A DNA stretch of 64,000 nt from Oscillospiraceae bacterium (GTDB lineage Bacteria > Bacillota > Clostridia > Oscillospirales > Acutalibacteraceae): positions 572 through 64,571 of the forward strand of contig JAIRLJ010000033.1 in the NCBI GenBank assembly GCA_031259495.1, read 5' to 3'. Made by a program: the position numbers and the translations under genes. The notes beneath the pieces were generated by a model. The model worked only from the letters and a program-made list of their open reading frames with translations, had not been told where the DNA came from and ran no database searches. This document shows, in pieces, positions 53,546 through 64,000 of this stretch (the first letter of the stretch is position 1; each line of letters starts with the position of its first letter).

Positions 53546-56500
53546 TTATTTTAAAAATTCCGGTTCCTTACTTTTAAGTTTATCATTATAGTCTGACGTA
53601 AAATTAGATTCTATGGCCGGTTTTTCTTTCTTTCTTAGTGGATAAAAATTTTTAGGCAAATTCAAACCTATAAAACCTTCTTCTTCATTAAAATTACGTC
53701 TCAAATCTATCTCATTATCGTCTTTTCCATATATTTTTATATCGAGACCAAGAGATTGCAGCTCTTTTATAAGCACTTTAAAAGATTCTGGTATACCAGG
53801 TTTAGGGATATTCTGACCTTTGACAATAGCTTCATAAGTTTTTACTCTCCCAATTACATCATCAGACTTAACTGTCAGAATTTCCTGTAAAGTATAAGCG
53901 GCACCATAAGCCTCAAGGGCCCAAACTTCCATCTCACCAAATCTTTGTCCTCCAAACTGAGCTTTACCCCCAAGCGGCTGTTGAGTAACAAGCGAATACG
54001 GTCCAGTTGCTCTTGCATGAATTTTGTCATCAATCAAATGATGTAGCTTTAAATAATAGATATAACCTACTGTCACAGCATTATCAAAATATTCTCCTGT
54101 ACGGCCATCTTTAAGCATAAACTTGCCATTGGTTTCCGCAATTCCCGCTTTTTCAAAACAAGACAAAATATCCTTTTCTTTGACGCTATCAAAAACAGGA
54201 GAAATTATTTTCCATCCCAAAGCTTTAGCGGCAAAACCCAAATGTACTTCTAACACTTGTCCGATATTCATGCGCGAAGGAATACCTAGTGGATTCAACA
54301 CAATATCAACAGGCGTGCCATCTTCCATAAATGGCATATCTTCTTCGGCTAAAATCCTTGAAACTACTCCCTTGTTTCCGTGACGACCCGCCATTTTATC
54401 TCCAACAGAAATTTTTCTTTTTTGCGCAATATAACATCGAACAACTTTTTTCACACCCGGTTTTAACTCATTTTTGTCGTCTTCTCCCGTAAAAATTTTT
54501 ACATCAACGACAATACCGTAACTTCCATGAGGCACTCGAAGAGAACTGTCTCTAACTTCTCTTGCTTTTTCTCCAAATATTGCTCTCAATAGACGCTCTT
54601 CCGCAGTTAGTTCTGTTTCACCTTTTGGCGTAACTTTACCAACCAATATATCTCCAGCAGAGACTTCCGCTCCTACTCTAATAACACCATCTCTGTTTAG
54701 ATTTTTTAAAGCATCTTCACTTACATTTGGTATATCTCTAGTTATTTCCTCGGGGCCAAGTTTTGTGTCTCGAGCTTCCATTTCATATTCCTCTATATGT
54801 ATAGAAGTGTACACATCTTCCCGGACTAACCTTTCACTTATTAAAATAGCATCCTCGTAGTTGTAACCTTCCCAGACCATGAAAGCCACTAAAATATTTT
54901 TGCCAAGGCTTATTTCACCGCCATCAGTAGAAGGTCCATCGGCTATTACCTCATTTTTGCTGACCTTTTGTCCAACACTAACAATAGGAAACTGATTAAA
55001 GCACGTATTTTTATTAGACTTTGAAAATTTCATAAGATTAAAAGTCTCTTCCTTTTTCGAAGAATATTTTATGCTGATGGCATCAGCGCTCACATTTTTA
55101 ACAACTCCACTTTCTTTTGCTAAAATACAAACACCAGAATCTATTCCAGCCTTATATTCCATGCCAGTACCAACAATAGGAGATTCGGTTGTGATCAAAG
55201 GCACAGCTTGACGTTGCATATTAGACCCCATAAGAGCACGAACAGAGTCATTATTTTCAAGAAAAGGAATCATGGAAGTTGCAACTGAAAAAATCATTCT
55301 AGCAGATACATCCATAAAATCTGCCTTGCTTACTTCTACTTCAAAATATTCGCCTTTATTTCTAGCGTTTAATCTTTTATTTACAAAACGATTACTTTTA
55401 TCCAACGGTTCACTTGCTTGAATTATTATGTAATCATCCTCAACATCGGCCGCCATATAAACTATTTCTTCGGTAGCTTTACCACGTTTTTTATCTATAC
55501 GACGAAACGGTGCTTCTATAAAACCGTATTTATTTATTCGTGCAAACGTTGCAAGATATGAAACCAAGCCTATATTAGGTCCCTCAGGAGTTTCAATAGG
55601 ACACATTCTACCGTAATGTGAATAATGAACATCACGAACTTCATAACCTGCTCTGTCCCTGGAAAGACCCCCTGGTCCTAAAGCCGAAAGCCTTCTCTTA
55701 TGAGTTAACTCTGCTAAAGGATTCGTCTGGTCCATAAATTGCGAAAGAGGAGACGAACCGAAAAATTCTTTGATAGCCGCAACTATCGGTCTTATGTTAA
55801 TTAAAGACTGAGGTGTTAAATCTTCAGTTTCATCAGCGTTTAAAGTCATTCTTTCTCGAATAACTCGTTCAAGACGAGAAAAACTTACTCTAAACTGTGC
55901 CTGCAGAAGTTCCCCAACACACCTAACGCGTCTATTACCCAAGTGGTCGATATTATCTGTATTTCCAAGCCCATGCGCTAAACAACTGATATAATTAATC
56001 GAAGAAAAAATATCTTCAACAATTATGTGCCTAGGGACAAGCTCACTCTCTCTTGTTTTTATCTGATTTATTATCTCTTTTTCATCTTTTGCGTTTTCTA
56101 AAATTTCTAGCAACACAGACAGACGCACTTTCTCATCTATGTTGCACTTGTTAATAACCTTTTTACTTACAAACTCAGAAAGTTCGGCCATAGAATTTGA
56201 TATAACTTTAATATCTTTATCGTCACTTATTTTTACCCAAACACTCGAGACGCCTAGCCTATCTAATAAAAGAGCCTTTTCTTTCGTTATTTTTTCCCCT
56301 TTGTTGGCAATTACTTCACCCGTAATAGAATTAATTGCAGGTCTTGACAAAACTCGATCTACTATTCTCCTATGAAGGCCAAGTTTTTTATTATACCTAT
56401 ATCTGCCAACTTTCGAGAGATCATACTTAGTAACATCAAAAAACAAATTATTTACATAACTTTGAGCGGTTTCTAAAGTGAGAGGTTCAGATGGCCTCAA

Positions 56501-57226
56501 CTTTTTATATATCTCAAAAATCGCTTCCTCAGTATTTTTGCATATGTCTTTTTCTATCGTAGCTAAAATCCCATCATCTTTTTCCCCAAAATATTCAATA
56601 ATATCTTCGTCTGTAGCAAGACCGAGAGCTCTAATTAAAACTGTAGCTGGAATTTTGCGATTCTTATCTATATGAACATAGCAAACTCCACTAATATCAG
56701 TCTCGTATTCAAGCCAAGCGCCTCTATTTGGTATGCACATCAAGCCAAAAAGCTTTTTTCCGCTTTTGTCATAAGAATCAGAATAATAAAGCCCAGGAGA
56801 CCTAACAAGCTGAGAAACCACTACGCGCTCAGCACCATTAATCACGAAAGTTCCACTTTCAGTCATCAAGGGAAAGTCCCCTAAAAACATTTCAGCTTCT
56901 TTTATTTCGCCCGTTTTTTTATTTAAAAGTTGAACTTTCACTCTAAACGGAGCAGAATATGTGGCATCTTTTTCTTTACATTCAATTACACTATTGTTTG
57001 GGTTTTCAGTATACAATTTGTGACCGACAAAATTTAAAACTAGATTCCCAGCATAATCCATTATCCCAGAAGCTTCACTTAAAACTTCTTTTATACCATG
57101 ATCTAAAAACCATTCATAAGACTTAGTTTGCACTTCAATAAGATTTGGCATTTGAAGAACTTCTTCCAAATTTGAAAAACCCACCCTAGTGTTTTTTCCA
57201 AGTACTACCTTTTTTATGTTTGTCAC
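53546..57226 (-). CDS. rpoB: DNA-directed RNA polymerase subunit beta
   Basis: 1226 aa. [20 protein letters not shown] and [15 protein letters not shown] motifs. GTG start. Confidence 0.95.
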   Translation of the reverse strand: MTNIKKVVLGKNTRVGFSNLEEVLQMPNLIEVQTKSYEWFLDHGIKEVLSEASGIMDYAGNLVLNFVGHKLYTENPNNSVIECKEKDATYSAPFRVKVQLLNKKTGEIKEAEMFLGDFPLMTESGTFVINGAERVVVSQLVRSPGLYYSDSYDKSGKKLFGLMCIPNRGAWLEYETDISGVCYVHIDKNRKIPATVLIRALGLATDEDIIEYFGEKDDGILATIEKDICKNTEEAIFEIYKKLRPSEPLTLETAQSYVNNLFFDVTKYDLSKVGRYRYNKKLGLHRRIVDRVLSRPAINSITGEVIANKGEKITKEKALLLDRLGVSSVWVKISDDKDIKVISNSMAELSEFVSKKVINKCNIDEKVRLSVLLEILENAKDEKEIINQIKTRESELVPRHIIVEDIFSSINYISCLAHGLGNTDNIDHLGNRRVRCVGELLQAQFRVSFSRLERVIRERMTLNADETEDLTPQSLINIRPIVAAIKEFFGSSPLSQFMDQTNPLAELTHKRRLSALGPGGLSRDRAGYEVRDVHYSHYGRMCPIETPEGPNIGLVSYLATFARINKYGFIEAPFRRIDKKRGKATEEIVYMAADVEDDYIIIQASEPLDKSNRFVNKRLNARNKGEYFEVEVSKADFMDVSARMIFSVATSMIPFLENNDSVRALMGSNMQRQAVPLITTESPIVGTGMEYKAGIDSGVCILAKESGVVKNVSADAISIKYSSKKEETFNLMKFSKSNKNTCFNQFPIVSVGQKVSKNEVIADGPSTDGGEISLGKNILVAFMVWEGYNYEDAILISERLVREDVYTSIHIEEYEMEARDTKLGPEEITRDIPNVSEDALKNLNRDGVIRVGAEVSAGDILVGKVTPKGETELTAEERLLRAIFGEKAREVRDSSLRVPHGSYGIVVDVKIFTGEDDKNELKPGVKKVVRCYIAQKRKISVGDKMAGRHGNKGVVSRILAEEDMPFMEDGTPVDIVLNPLGIPSRMNIGQVLEVHLGFAAKALGWKIISPVFDSVKEKDILSCFEKAGIAETNGKFMLKDGRTGEYFDNAVTVGYIYYLKLHHLIDDKIHARATGPYSLVTQQPLGGKAQFGGQRFGEMEVWALEAYGAAYTLQEILTVKSDDVIGRVKTYEAIVKGQNIPKPGIPESFKVLIKELQSLGLDIKIYGKDDNEIDLRRNFNEEEGFIGLNLPKNFYPLRKKEKPAIESNFTSDYNDKLKSKEPEFLK

Positions 57227-57593
57227 AGATCAAACAACTCCTTAGTGACCAATACTAGCCTACATTAAAAGACAGTAAATAAAAAAATAAAATTACGTAA
57301 GATTAAAACACAAGCAAAAGTTTTAAAAAATAAACCTTGAAAAACTACTTATCCGAAGAAACTATGAAGCAATTGGATGCAGGCATTTATAGAAGGCAGC
57401 ATAGACTTTACGTAAATCAGATAAGTCAAAAAACCATATACTCGCACGACGATAAGAATTCTATACCTGTTTTTTCTTTTATGTCAACAAGTCTTAAAAC
57501 CACCGAGTAAATCCCTAGATTGCATATTATACATCAGATTAGTTGTTTTTGAATTTACTTGTATATTGGGTTTCTACGAAACTAAATATTAAA

Positions 57594-57666
57594 ATTTGGT
57601 TTGAGATTTAATTTGATGGCCGGGATTTACAATTTTGAACTTAAAATTTAATTTCGTAGGGATTCC
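57594..57666. repeat. Left copy of an imperfect inverted repeat (partner at 63822-63906)
   Basis: 57614-57650 tgatggccgggatttacaattttgaacttaaaattta matches the reverse complement of 63838-63874 at 35/37. The 20-nt arm 57594-57613 matches 63886-63905 at 18/20. Confidence 0.75.
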
Positions 57667-57899
57667 AATTGATAGTATTTAGCAAGTTTAAATTGCTTCC
57701 AAAGATATGATTTTATTACGATTTTCTAGTTGTTTCAATTTAGAAAAAGTTGTAACATATGGGTTGTTGTTGAAAATCGGGGCGTTTTTGGGAGCGTGGG
57801 AATATTAGTTAGTTTAAATTAAACTAGTATATTATTCTGTGTGAATTTTTTAATAGAAAGGGTTCTAAAATTGTTTAGTAAATTACTCTTTAATTAAGC

Positions 57900-59324
57900 G
57901 TGGAGGTTAGTTTGAATAATACAAGACTTGGAAAGTTTAAAACTAAGTTACTAAGACGAATAAGGCATGGCAACGATTTTATGAGCTCCTCGAAAATTAA
58001 GATCGCTGATGAGTTTTGTCAGGACTATAAAAAATTTTTGAATGAATGTAAAACAGAACGCGAAGTTATAAGTTTTGTTCTTGCGTTCGCTAAAAGTAAG
58101 GGTTTTGAAGAGTTCAATCCTGAAAAAACCTATGAGTCTGGGGAAAAAATTTTTTTGGCTAACAGAGGGAAATCTGCAGTTTTTTGTGTTATAGGAAAAA
58201 ATAAAACCAAGAGAGGAACAAAATTAATAGTGTCTCATGTGGATTCTCCTAGAATAGATCTAAAACCAAACCCCCTATATGAAATGAATAATGTATCGCT
58301 TTTCAAGACACATTATTATGGTGGTATTAAGAAATATCAGTGGCTCACTTTGCCTCTCGCTCTACACGGAAGAATTATGTTAGCTAATGGGAAAGCTGTG
58401 GATTTGAAAATTGGTGAAGATGAAGAAGATCCTGTTTTCTGTATAACGGATTTGCTTCCGCACATTGGAAAGGATATGCTTACAAAAAAGCTTGCTGAGG
58501 CGTTTTTTGGAGAAAATTTGAATGCTATAGTCGGAAGCAGAAAGCTTTCTATTGATGGAGAAACTTCTTGTCAAGAAAAAGATTGTGTAAGACTAAATAT
58601 TTTAGAGATTTTAAATAGAAAATATTCTATAGTTGAAGAAGATTTTTTGTCGGCTGAACTTGAATTAGTGCCGGCTGCGAAAGCACGCGATGTTGGTTTT
58701 GATAGAAGTATGATAGGGTCTTATGGTCATGATGATAAGGTTTGTGTTTATACATCTTTTATGGCCTTATTAGATGCGGATTGTGTTCCAGAAAAAACTA
58801 CGATAGTTGGCTTTGTTGATAAAGAAGAGATAGGTAGCGAAGGTAATACTTCGATGAAAAGTCGATTTCTTGAGTATTTTGTAGAAGATTTAGCAGATCG
58901 AGACAATATGAAAGTAAGACATGTTTTATCTAAATCAAAATGTCTTTCGGCTGATGTTAATCCGGCTTTTGATTCGAATTTTGCTAATTATTTCGAACAG
59001 AAAAATTCATCCTTTATTAATAATGGTGTTGTGTTAACAAAGTATACTGGATCTTTAGGGAAAAATGGAAGTTCAGATGCTTCTGCTGAGTTTTTGAGTG
59101 AAATTAGAACTTTTATTCAGAAAAATAATATTTTGTGGCAAACTGGTGAATTAGGAAGGGTTGATGACGGTGGAGGTGGAACAGTCGCGAAGTATGTGGC
59201 GAATTTAAATGTAGATGTTGTGGACGTAGGTATACCGGTTCTTTCTATGCATGCACCGATGGAGGTTGTTTCAAAAATAGATGTTTATTCGGCTTATTTG
59301 ACTTTTAAAAATTTTTTACAATAG
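57900..59324 (+). CDS. M18 family aminopeptidase
   Basis: VSHVDSPRIDLKPNP, THYYGGIKKYQW, GHDDKVC, DKEEIGSEG and SMHAP motifs. Start ambiguous: GTG at 57900, or TTG at 57912 just after GGAGG. Confidence 0.8.
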   Translation: MEVSLNNTRLGKFKTKLLRRIRHGNDFMSSSKIKIADEFCQDYKKFLNECKTEREVISFVLAFAKSKGFEEFNPEKTYESGEKIFLANRGKSAVFCVIGKNKTKRGTKLIVSHVDSPRIDLKPNPLYEMNNVSLFKTHYYGGIKKYQWLTLPLALHGRIMLANGKAVDLKIGEDEEDPVFCITDLLPHIGKDMLTKKLAEAFFGENLNAIVGSRKLSIDGETSCQEKDCVRLNILEILNRKYSIVEEDFLSAELELVPAAKARDVGFDRSMIGSYGHDDKVCVYTSFMALLDADCVPEKTTIVGFVDKEEIGSEGNTSMKSRFLEYFVEDLADRDNMKVRHVLSKSKCLSADVNPAFDSNFANYFEQKNSSFINNGVVLTKYTGSLGKNGSSDASAEFLSEIRTFIQKNNILWQTGELGRVDDGGGGTVAKYVANLNVDVVDVGIPVLSMHAPMEVVSKIDVYSAYLTFKNFLQ

Positions 59325-59436
59325 GATTGTTCCTGCGAGTGTTATTGTTTTTGATTGTTGTGTAATTTGGTTGGTTTTGATTATAAGAATCACTGATAGT
59401 TTATAGTTTTATTGGTTTTACAAAGAGGCTTCCAAG

Positions 59437-62088
59437 ATGGACAAAGTGAGCTCAAATAAGCTGCGGGAAAGCTTTTTAAAGTTTTTTGAAGAAAAAAGTC
59501 ACAAGAAATTGGAAAGTTTTTCTTTGATTCCGGAAAATGATATGAGTTTATTGTTTATAAATTCTGGTATGGCGCCTATGAAAGATTACTTTACTAATAA
59601 GTTTGAATCTCCTTCAAAAAGAGTTGTAACATGTCAAAAGTGTGTACGTACTGCAGATATAGATGAAGTAGGAAAGACTTCTCGTCATGGCACGTTTTTT
59701 GAAATGCTCGGTAATTTTTCTTTTGGCGATTATTTTAAGGAAGAAGCTATATTTTGGGCGTTTGAATTTTTAACAGATGTTGTAGGTTTACAGAAAGAAA
59801 GGCTTTTAATTTCTGTTCATGAAAAAGACTATGAGACTTATAAGATTTGGACACAAAAAATTGGAATAAATCCTAAAAAGATTTTTAAATTTGATAAGGA
59901 AAATTTTTGGGAACATGATTTTGGTCCTTGTGGTCCGTGTTCTGAAATTTATTATGATCGCGGTCAAAAATATGCTTGTAACAGAATTGACTGTACTCTA
60001 GGATGTGAGTGCGATAGATTTTTAGAAGTGTGGAATCTTGTTTTTACGCAGTTTTTAAATGATGGTAATTATTCGAAACTTAACAAGAAGAATATTGATA
60101 CTGGTATGGGTCTTGAGAGATTAGCTATTATTTGTCAAGGTGTTGATAATTTTTTTCTTATAGATACGATGAAAAAAATTTTAGATTATGTTTATTTTCT
60201 TGCTAATACTAGGCAGAATAAGAACAAAAAATCCGATATTTCTGCAAAAATTATAACTGACCATTTAAGAAGCATTGTTTTTATGATAGGCGATTCGATC
60301 ATGTTTTCTAATGAAGGTAGAGGTTATGTTTTAAGAAAGCTTTTGCGTCGTGCTGTACACCACGGTAAACTTTTAGGAATAAAAGGTTCGTTTTTACATA
60401 AAGTTGCTGAAGTTTGTATAGAACAAAACAAAAATGTATATAAAAAATTAGAAACAAACAAAAGTTTTATAAAAAAAATAATAACATTGGAAGAAAATAA
60501 GTTTTTAAAAACCATAGATCAGGGTCTTGTTTTGTTTAATAACATTGTTACGCGAAATTCTAAAAAAATTTTGTCAGGTGAAGATGCATTTTTGCTTCAT
60601 GATACTTATGGGTTTTCTATAGATCTTACAAAAGAAATAGCTGCCGAAAAGTCAGTGACTGTTGATATGGAGCGTTTTTCCGAATTAATAAATCAGCAAA
60701 AAGAAAGATCTAGAATGGACAGAAAAAAAAAATTTAACAACATTTGGTTAAAAAATGATTTTTCGTTTGATGAAAAAATTAAAAATAAATTTTTGGGATA
60801 CGAAAAATTGACTACAGAATCAAAAGTTTTAGCTATTTATGATAATAATTTGGATAAGATTTTAAAATTCGATAAAGTTACAGAAGGTGATTTAGAAAGT
60901 TCGAAGAATAAGAAAGAAGAATTTTTTGTCGTTTTAGATAAAACTCCTTTTTTTCCGGAGAGTTCAGGCCAAGTTTCAGATACAGGTGAAATGTTTTCGC
61001 AAAAAACGCATATTAAAGTTTTGAACTCTAAAAATATTTTGGGTACTTATGTCGAAAAATGTATTTTGATTTCGGGTGAGCTAAAAATTGGAGATGTTTT
61101 AACAGCTAAAGTTGATGTTGAAAAGCGGAGAAATGTAGAACGCAATCATACTGCTGCACATCTTTTGCATGCCGCTTTACGAGATGTTTTAGGTAATCAT
61201 GTAAAACAAGCAGGGCAATTTGTAGATGAAAAGGTTTTGCGATTTGATGTTACTCATAATAAAAAATTAGACAAAAATAAAATATCAAAAATCGAAAAAT
61301 TAGTTAATAGAAAGATTTTTGACGCAATAAAATTGTCGATTGAAATTTTGCCTATCAGTGAAGCGAAAAAATTACCAGCTATGGCGTTATTTAGTAAAAA
61401 GTATAAAGATGAAGTTCGCATAGTTAAAATAGGAGAGTTTTCTGTTGAATTTTGTTCAGGAACACATGTAGAAAATACTTCTTCGTTGGGACTTTTTAAA
61501 ATAATAAGTGAGAGTTCTTCGGCTTCTGGGGTTCGCAGAATAGAAGCTATCACTGGACCAGAAGTTTTAAAGCTTATAAATAGCTGTAAAGACACACTAG
61601 ATAAGTTAAAAGAGGCCTTAGAGGCTGTTGATGTTTTTGAAGCTGTAGAAAATTTGGTAAGAAGCAACAAAAAATTAAAGAGCGAACTTCAAAAAATACA
61701 AAAAGAATTGGTTTTCAAAAAAATTAATGAGTTTTTATTTGACGCTAGAGAAATGTCTTTTAAAGAAAAAAAAATAAAATTAGTAACAGGTTTTGTTGAA
61801 GAAACAGATATAAAAATTATACGTAACGCATGCGAAAAATTTGGCGGTAAATTTCCGTTTTCATTGTTTGTTTTAGTTTGTAAAAATGAAAAAAATATTT
61901 TTTTAGTTGTGTTTGTTGCGTCTTCTGTTGTTAAACTCGGAGTTCATGCAGGGAATCTTATTAAATCTTTACTTGATACAGTTAATGGAAGCGGTGGTGG
62001 AAATGCTAACATAGCTACAGCGCGAATATTTGAGTTTAAAAATTTATTTGATAATTTAGAAGACAAAATTGTTTCTTCTACAAATTAA
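59437..62088 (+). CDS. alaS: Alanine--tRNA ligase
   Basis: FF..K.H....S.SLIP..D..LLF.NSGM, RHGTFFEMLGNFSFGDYFK, editing-domain HTAAHLL and C-terminal DHHA1 GGG. Confidence 0.95.
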   Translation: MDKVSSNKLRESFLKFFEEKSHKKLESFSLIPENDMSLLFINSGMAPMKDYFTNKFESPSKRVVTCQKCVRTADIDEVGKTSRHGTFFEMLGNFSFGDYFKEEAIFWAFEFLTDVVGLQKERLLISVHEKDYETYKIWTQKIGINPKKIFKFDKENFWEHDFGPCGPCSEIYYDRGQKYACNRIDCTLGCECDRFLEVWNLVFTQFLNDGNYSKLNKKNIDTGMGLERLAIICQGVDNFFLIDTMKKILDYVYFLANTRQNKNKKSDISAKIITDHLRSIVFMIGDSIMFSNEGRGYVLRKLLRRAVHHGKLLGIKGSFLHKVAEVCIEQNKNVYKKLETNKSFIKKIITLEENKFLKTIDQGLVLFNNIVTRNSKKILSGEDAFLLHDTYGFSIDLTKEIAAEKSVTVDMERFSELINQQKERSRMDRKKKFNNIWLKNDFSFDEKIKNKFLGYEKLTTESKVLAIYDNNLDKILKFDKVTEGDLESSKNKKEEFFVVLDKTPFFPESSGQVSDTGEMFSQKTHIKVLNSKNILGTYVEKCILISGELKIGDVLTAKVDVEKRRNVERNHTAAHLLHAALRDVLGNHVKQAGQFVDEKVLRFDVTHNKKLDKNKISKIEKLVNRKIFDAIKLSIEILPISEAKKLPAMALFSKKYKDEVRIVKIGEFSVEFCSGTHVENTSSLGLFKIISESSSASGVRRIEAITGPEVLKLINSCKDTLDKLKEALEAVDVFEAVENLVRSNKKLKSELQKIQKELVFKKINEFLFDAREMSFKEKKIKLVTGFVEETDIKIIRNACEKFGGKFPFSLFVLVCKNEKNIFLVVFVASSVVKLGVHAGNLIKSLLDTVNGSGGGNANIATARIFEFKNLFDNLEDKIVSSTN

Positions 62089-62097
62089 GGAGCAATC

Positions 62098-62952
62098 ATG
62101 GAGCCTTTTATTAGAGTTCATAAAGTTTTTCATAAGTATAATTTGAATAATATTTTAGAATCATATGCTTTGAAAAATATAAATTTTGAAATTAACAAGA
62201 GTGAATTCGTTGTAATAATTGGGGCTAATGGAAGCGGAAAGTCTACTTTGGCAAAACATTTGAATGCGATGCTTTTGCCAACTAAGGGAAAAGTTTTTGT
62301 TAAATCAATAGATACTTGCAAAGAAAGTAAAACTTATGAAATAAGAGCGAATGTAGGGCTTGTTTTGCAGAATCCAGACAATCAAATAGTTTCTAGTGTA
62401 GTTGAAGAAGATGTTGCTTTTGGATTAGAAAATCTGGGTGTTAGACCGAAGGAGATGCGAGTTCGAATAGACGATGCTTTAAAACTCGTCGACATGTATG
62501 GCAAACGTAAAGATCTTGTTTGGAATTTGTCTGGAGGACAGAAGCAGCGTGTTGCTATTGCGGGGATTTTGGCAATGAAGCCAGAGTGTATAGTTTTAGA
62601 TGAAGTTACTTCTATGCTTGATCCTAAAGGAAAAAAAGAAGTTCTAAGTGTTATAGAATCTTTAAATAAAAATCGTGGTGTAACGGTAGTTTTAATTACG
62701 CATTTTATGGATGAAGCTGTACTAGCTGATAAGATTATCGTAATGAGTGAAGGAGAAATAATGGCGATTAATAAAAAGGAGAAAATTTTTTCAAATACAG
62801 CTCTTATAAAAAAATGTAAGCTTTCATTTCCAGAACCTATGGAATTAATTTTATCCCTCAGAAAACTGGGAGTTAACATAAAAGAAAATCCTCTCAACAT
62901 GGAAGATTGTGTGCAATTTTTAGATAGATTTTTGAAAAGAAAAGCTATATGA
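62098..62952 (+). CDS. ecfA1: Energy-coupling factor transporter ATPase EcfA1
   Basis: GANGSGKST Walker A, LSGGQKQRVAIAG signature, VLDE Walker B, tandem with ecfA2. Confidence 0.85.
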   Translation: MEPFIRVHKVFHKYNLNNILESYALKNINFEINKSEFVVIIGANGSGKSTLAKHLNAMLLPTKGKVFVKSIDTCKESKTYEIRANVGLVLQNPDNQIVSSVVEEDVAFGLENLGVRPKEMRVRIDDALKLVDMYGKRKDLVWNLSGGQKQRVAIAGILAMKPECIVLDEVTSMLDPKGKKEVLSVIESLNKNRGVTVVLITHFMDEAVLADKIIVMSEGEIMAINKKEKIFSNTALIKKCKLSFPEPMELILSLRKLGVNIKENPLNMEDCVQFLDRFLKRKAI

Positions 62953-63821
62953 ATAAAAGCTACATAGATAACGATTTTGTTATAGAAACTAGGAATCTAA
63001 CTTTTTACTATGTGAAAAATACAAAACAAAAAAAAATAGCGATTAGCAATATAAGCGTAAGGATAAGAAAAGGCGAAGTCATAGCTGTTATAGGGCATAC
63101 AGGTTCAGGTAAATCTACATTTCTTGCACATTTGAACGGACTTCTGCGTCCAGATTTCGGAAAAGTTTTTATAAATTCGAAAGATATTTGGAAAGATAAA
63201 AAAAATATCAATAAAGTTCGTTTTAAAGTTGGTCTTGCTTTTCAGCATCCAGAGCATCAATTATTTGAAGACACAATTGCAAAAGATATAGCTTTTGGCC
63301 CGAGCAACATGGGACTAGCAAAAAATGAAATTATAAAACGTGTTGAAGTAGCTGCTGAGTTTGTTGGCCTTTCAAAAAACATTTTAAAAAAATCCCCTTT
63401 TGAAATTTCTGGAGGGCAAAAGCGAAAAGCTGTTGTTGCAGGAGTTATAGCGATGGACCCAGATGTACTTTTATTCGATGAATTAACTGCTGGGCTTGAT
63501 CCTGCTAGTCGTAAAGAAATTTTTTCTTGTATTATTAAATATCATAATATTAGACGGAATACGATAATTTTTACATCTCATAATATGAGTGAAGTTGCAA
63601 GGTTTGCAGACAGAATTATGGTGTTTGATCGTGGACGAGTCGTAATGTTTGATGAGCCAAAAGAAATTTTTAAAAGAATATCAGAGCTTTTGAATTTAAG
63701 TCTTGAAATTCCTGAAGTTACAAGAATTATTATAAAATTGAGAAAGTTGGGACACAATAAATTAGATCCTTCGGTTTTAACTGTGAGTGAAGCTGCTTCT
63801 AATATAGCTAACATGTGTTAA
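62949..63821 (+). CDS. ecfA2: Energy-coupling factor transporter ATPase EcfA2
   Basis: GHTGSGKST, ISGGQKRKAVVAG and LFDE motifs. 4-nt overlap with ecfA1. Confidence 0.85.
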   Translation: MNKSYIDNDFVIETRNLTFYYVKNTKQKKIAISNISVRIRKGEVIAVIGHTGSGKSTFLAHLNGLLRPDFGKVFINSKDIWKDKKNINKVRFKVGLAFQHPEHQLFEDTIAKDIAFGPSNMGLAKNEIIKRVEVAAEFVGLSKNILKKSPFEISGGQKRKAVVAGVIAMDPDVLLFDELTAGLDPASRKEIFSCIIKYHNIRRNTIIFTSHNMSEVARFADRIMVFDRGRVVMFDEPKEIFKRISELLNLSLEIPEVTRIIIKLRKLGHNKLDPSVLTVSEAASNIANMC

Positions 63822-63906
63822 AGACTTCCTGCAAAACTAAATTTTAAGCTCAAAATTATAAATCCCGGCCATCAATTGGTCATAAAATTAAATTTCAAGC
63901 CAAATC
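63822..63906. repeat. Right copy of the inverted repeat (partner at 57594-57666), carrying an 11-nt insertion (63875-63885)
   Basis: See the left copy. It begins immediately after the ecfA2 stop codon. Confidence 0.75.
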
Positions 63907-63922
63907 GTTTTTACCTATTTTT

Positions 63923-64000
63923 CTATCTTCTAGCTAATATCTTAAAGTTTTCTATAGAGTCAATTATGTTTTCAACAAAAATTCTCTTTTTTGAAATTTC
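63923..64000 (-). CDS. Possible 3' end of a minus-strand gene entering from beyond the window (...EISKKRIFVENIIDSIENFKILARR-stop)
   Basis: 25 codons are open from the window edge to TAG at 63925-63923. An alternative plus-strand ATG at 63966 (MFSTKILFFEI) cannot be excluded. Confidence 0.25.
   Translation of the reverse strand, partial: EISKKRIFVENIIDSIENFKILARR

Overview
Visibly AT-rich, Firmicutes/Clostridia-like chromosomal window made up almost entirely of core housekeeping genes. It holds the replication cluster dnaA-dnaN-gyrB-gyrA, without recF. It also holds scattered cell-wall genes (mltG, murD, murF, mreB), the rpsF-ssb-rpsR and tRNA-Asn-rplM-rpsI units, rpoB-rpoC, alaS, ecfA1-ecfA2, dxs-nadK, recG, yloV, addA, a DEAD-box helicase, two M42 peptidases and one M18 peptidase, lemA/TPM, neuC and neuA homologues, rubrerythrin and three tRNAs. 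I found no rRNA, CRISPR array, transposase, integrase, phage gene or recognisable defence system. Two genes missing from the ORF track because they run off the window were recovered by hand: mltG at the left edge and a short minus-strand ORF end at the right edge. The most interesting points are: (1) a 2.3 kb stretch (33.2-35.4 kb) beside the initiator tRNA that has no intact gene but carries a chain of plus-strand ORF fragments, so it is either decayed gene(s) or a large ncRNA; (2) an imperfect inverted-repeat pair at 57.6 and 63.9 kb bracketing a 6.2 kb plus-strand block inside an otherwise minus-strand region, at two synteny breaks, which makes it a candidate inversion; (3) gpmI interrupted by a frameshift in an A8 run; (4) a BspA-type LRR gene remnant in an 0.8 kb non-coding stretch after gyrA; (5) a tRNA-Asn fused almost directly to the rplM ribosome-binding site; (6) heavily shuffled core synteny and an unusually high share of TTG/GTG starts. 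I cannot support a clearly novel multi-gene system from sequence alone. All family calls come from motif recognition by eye, not from database searches.
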